A DNA stretch of 64,000 nt from positions 1,632,001 to 1,696,000 of the forward strand of contig OZ244717.1 in NCBI GenBank assembly GCA_965218975.1, in the 5' to 3' direction. Positions 61,948 through 64,000 of this stretch are shown in pieces (the stretch's first letter is position 1; each line of letters begins with the position of its first letter). The notes under the pieces are model-generated. The model was not told the origin of the DNA, did no database searches, and saw nothing but the letters and a program-made list of their open reading frames with translations. The position numbers were made by a program, and so were the translations under genes. The stretch comes from Candidatus Oxydemutatoraceae bacterium. Its GTDB lineage: Bacteria; Pseudomonadota; Gammaproteobacteria; Poriferisulfidales; Oxydemutatoraceae.

Positions 61948-63060
61948 TCAACCGACGCCACTGAAAACAGCAGGCACAAACAACTTATGCATTAACGCTG
62001 CACGATTCCTCACGCCCATTTTCCCGAAAATGCTGGCGACTTGATTATTTAAGGTAGCTGTGCTCTTGCAGCGCTTATCGGCAATCTCCTTAATTGACAA
62101 CCCCTGCACCAAATCAAGGCAAAGGCTTGCCTCAATCTTGGTCAAACCATACAACTTTATCAACGGCTCGGGTGATTGCGCCTTAAACCCGCGCGGATCT
62201 AATATTAATACAGCAACACTTGCTTGAACATACATTAAATTGTCATGTTGTATATTGAGCGGGAAAACCTGAACGTCAAGCGTCTCGGTTTCCGACTGCA
62301 ATTTGACTGCGCCCATCCTGGGATTGGCGCCTTTGGCATGGTGGATTAATTTTTGCAGCTGCTGAGTCTGCTCTGAGTTCGCGGCTGTCAAACCTGCGCC
62401 ACTGATACGCAGCAGCGGGTAACGCTTTAATATGTCATTTGCCGTATTGTTAACCAACAAGGGATGACCTTCGGAAGTCAACAGAATGACCCCCACTCCC
62501 AAAGACTCAAAACCGGATGATAAAACCTTGGTAACCGCGCTTTGTTCGGACAATTTGCTGTGTAAAAGCATTGCCTGTCTCACATGCGGGGCGATTCTCT
62601 TCAAAAACATCATCGCTGAATCACTAAACGGCTTGTTTTTGCCTAATTGAACGGCAAACGTAACGATGTTTTGATCATTGATCTTGAAAGAAAAAGCGGC
62701 TCTGGTATAAATACTATAGGGGCCAATAAAATCTTCTTCGTATTCTTTGCAATACAGCGATTGGTCCATACGTATCAATTCATCGCTCTGAGCTATCATA
62801 TTTAATGTTTTATGGCTAGTCTTTGCCAGCACGTCTAAGTTTCTGTAGTATCTTTCATACTCTCGTAACGCTTCCGGATTCGGATTATGCGATGCTACTA
62901 CGTCAATTTTTCCTGTGGGTATGTGGTTGACTATCAATCCTGCCGACATCGCGTTCATGCTGGAAACCGCTGCGTTAAGCACCGACGAAAGAGGTTCCGG
63001 ACTAGCGATTGAGGTATAAATATTCTCAATCGTTTTAATCAGATCAGACTCACGCCACAT
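61948..63060 (-). CDS. LuxR-type HTH transcriptional regulator with N-terminal sensory (GAF/PAS-like) region
   Basis: C-terminal YGLT..EA.L...LVQG.S.KEIA......T...Q...IF.K.GV; central PHVRQA. Confidence 0.85.
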   Translation of the reverse strand: MWRESDLIKTIENIYTSIASPEPLSSVLNAAVSSMNAMSAGLIVNHIPTGKIDVVASHNPNPEALREYERYYRNLDVLAKTSHKTLNMIAQSDELIRMDQSLYCKEYEEDFIGPYSIYTRAAFSFKINDQNIVTFAVQLGKNKPFSDSAMMFLKRIAPHVRQAMLLHSKLSEQSAVTKVLSSGFESLGVGVILLTSEGHPLLVNNTANDILKRYPLLRISGAGLTAANSEQTQQLQKLIHHAKGANPRMGAVKLQSETETLDVQVFPLNIQHDNLMYVQASVAVLILDPRGFKAQSPEPLIKLYGLTKIEASLCLDLVQGLSIKEIADKRCKSTATLNNQVASIFGKMGVRNRAALMHKLFVPAVFSGVG

Positions 63061-63131
63061 GTGAGAAATTGTATCGGAATATTCGTTAACAAAATTGGTT
63101 TATCTGAAGTAATTTAGCTTCCTCCTCCCCA

Positions 63132-64000
63132 TTAAATTCTTATTGAGCCTCCATCAAAAAGAGGAACGGTCATCGAGAAATTCTCACGATAAGTTAATTT
63201 CTGCTCCTCCAAAATACCGATGGCGATCTGTTCACCCATGCGCAATGACTCGATGTAATCCGAGAAGTAATGCACCCCGGCCCAATTGCGCCCGATGGAA
63301 ATATTGGATGCCAGCTTGTTGAGCTCGCCTTCAACGGTAAGCGGGTCCGGGCCCACGGGAACAGCCGCTAACGTTTTACCGTTATCTTTGGGATTAGATA
63401 CAAAAGCCAAGCCATTACCTGCCATTGTCAACGGATGCTTGTGATCAAAAAACGCTTTGAGTATCGTCACGCAGGCGCCGGCCACCGTCGCATGACCGGC
63501 GCCATAGGAGGGATGCATCGGCGACCCTTCGGGAAAAGCCATCGGCAAAAGATAATTTCTGTTCGGCAACATATTGAGTATCTTCTTAAGGGTCTTCACC
63601 ATATCGCTAACTTCCTTCACATCCAGATCTTCATGTTTCTGTAGCCTTGCCGCAAGTGCTTCAGGCCGCAAACGACGATGTACGTTAAATTTCTGGTACC
63701 TGACCGCTTTCAGCGCACGAGTTGCGACTTCAGTCACCAAGGTAAGAATATGCGGTCCGCCAAAAAGAGCAAATCCTTGCTGGTGATCTTTATCATCGCA
63801 AAGTTGAAAAGGAATACCCGAATCAAACGGCACTTTCTCCGCCAACAAAATGAGACAAGCATTCAGATAGGCTTCATACAAAGCGTCGTAATGCACATAA
63901 GTGGCAAGGTCGCGCGGTGTGGTGATAAATCGCCGGGGGGGATCACTGTTATACGCTTCTTGATAGCGTAGGTCGGCGCCTTCTTGCACGTCGAACCATT
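63132..64000 (-). CDS. Vanadium-dependent haloperoxidase (C-terminal part; 5' end beyond the window)
   Basis: Vanadate-site motifs QKFNVHRRLRPE, HPSYGAGHA and GRNWAGVHY; frame open to the window edge. Confidence 0.92.
   Translation of the reverse strand, partial: WFDVQEGADLRYQEAYNSDPPRRFITTPRDLATYVHYDALYEAYLNACLILLAEKVPFDSGIPFQLCDDKDHQQGFALFGGPHILTLVTEVATRALKAVRYQKFNVHRRLRPEALAARLQKHEDLDVKEVSDMVKTLKKILNMLPNRNYLLPMAFPEGSPMHPSYGAGHATVAGACVTILKAFFDHKHPLTMAGNGLAFVSNPKDNGKTLAAVPVGPDPLTVEGELNKLASNISIGRNWAGVHYFSDYIESLRMGEQIAIGILEEQKLTYRENFSMTVPLFDGGSIRI

Overview
Chromosomal window from a gammaproteobacterium, judged by the conserved gene orders gyrA-serC-pheA-hisC-tyrA-aroA-cmk-rpsA-ihfB-lapB, recJ-prfB-lysS, dapA-bamC and xseB-ispA-dxs. 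A marine or host-associated lifestyle is an inference only. Five kinds of accessory content are present. (1) A type II-C CRISPR-Cas locus with an identifiable tracrRNA, intact cas1/cas2 and a 7-repeat array. A further perfect repeat sits 644 bp away across ORF-bearing DNA. cas9 is inactivated twice, by an in-frame stop and by a clean 528-bp insertion carrying a DUF2306-like gene. (2) A family of IS481-derived non-autonomous elements, two of them filled with a 107-bp triple-hairpin repeat. (3) An IS1634-family element flanked by a 618-bp direct repeat, plus an older, decayed ~0.4-0.5 kb duplication around two AT-rich glycosyltransferase-like genes. (4) A tetrahydromethanopterin/methanofuran biosynthesis cluster, including an unusual zinc-finger + LAGLIDADG-like + QueD/PTPS fusion, with an adjacent 2H phosphoesterase. 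(5) A vanadium-dependent haloperoxidase at the right edge. All calls come from reading the sequence and from motif recall; no database searches were run.
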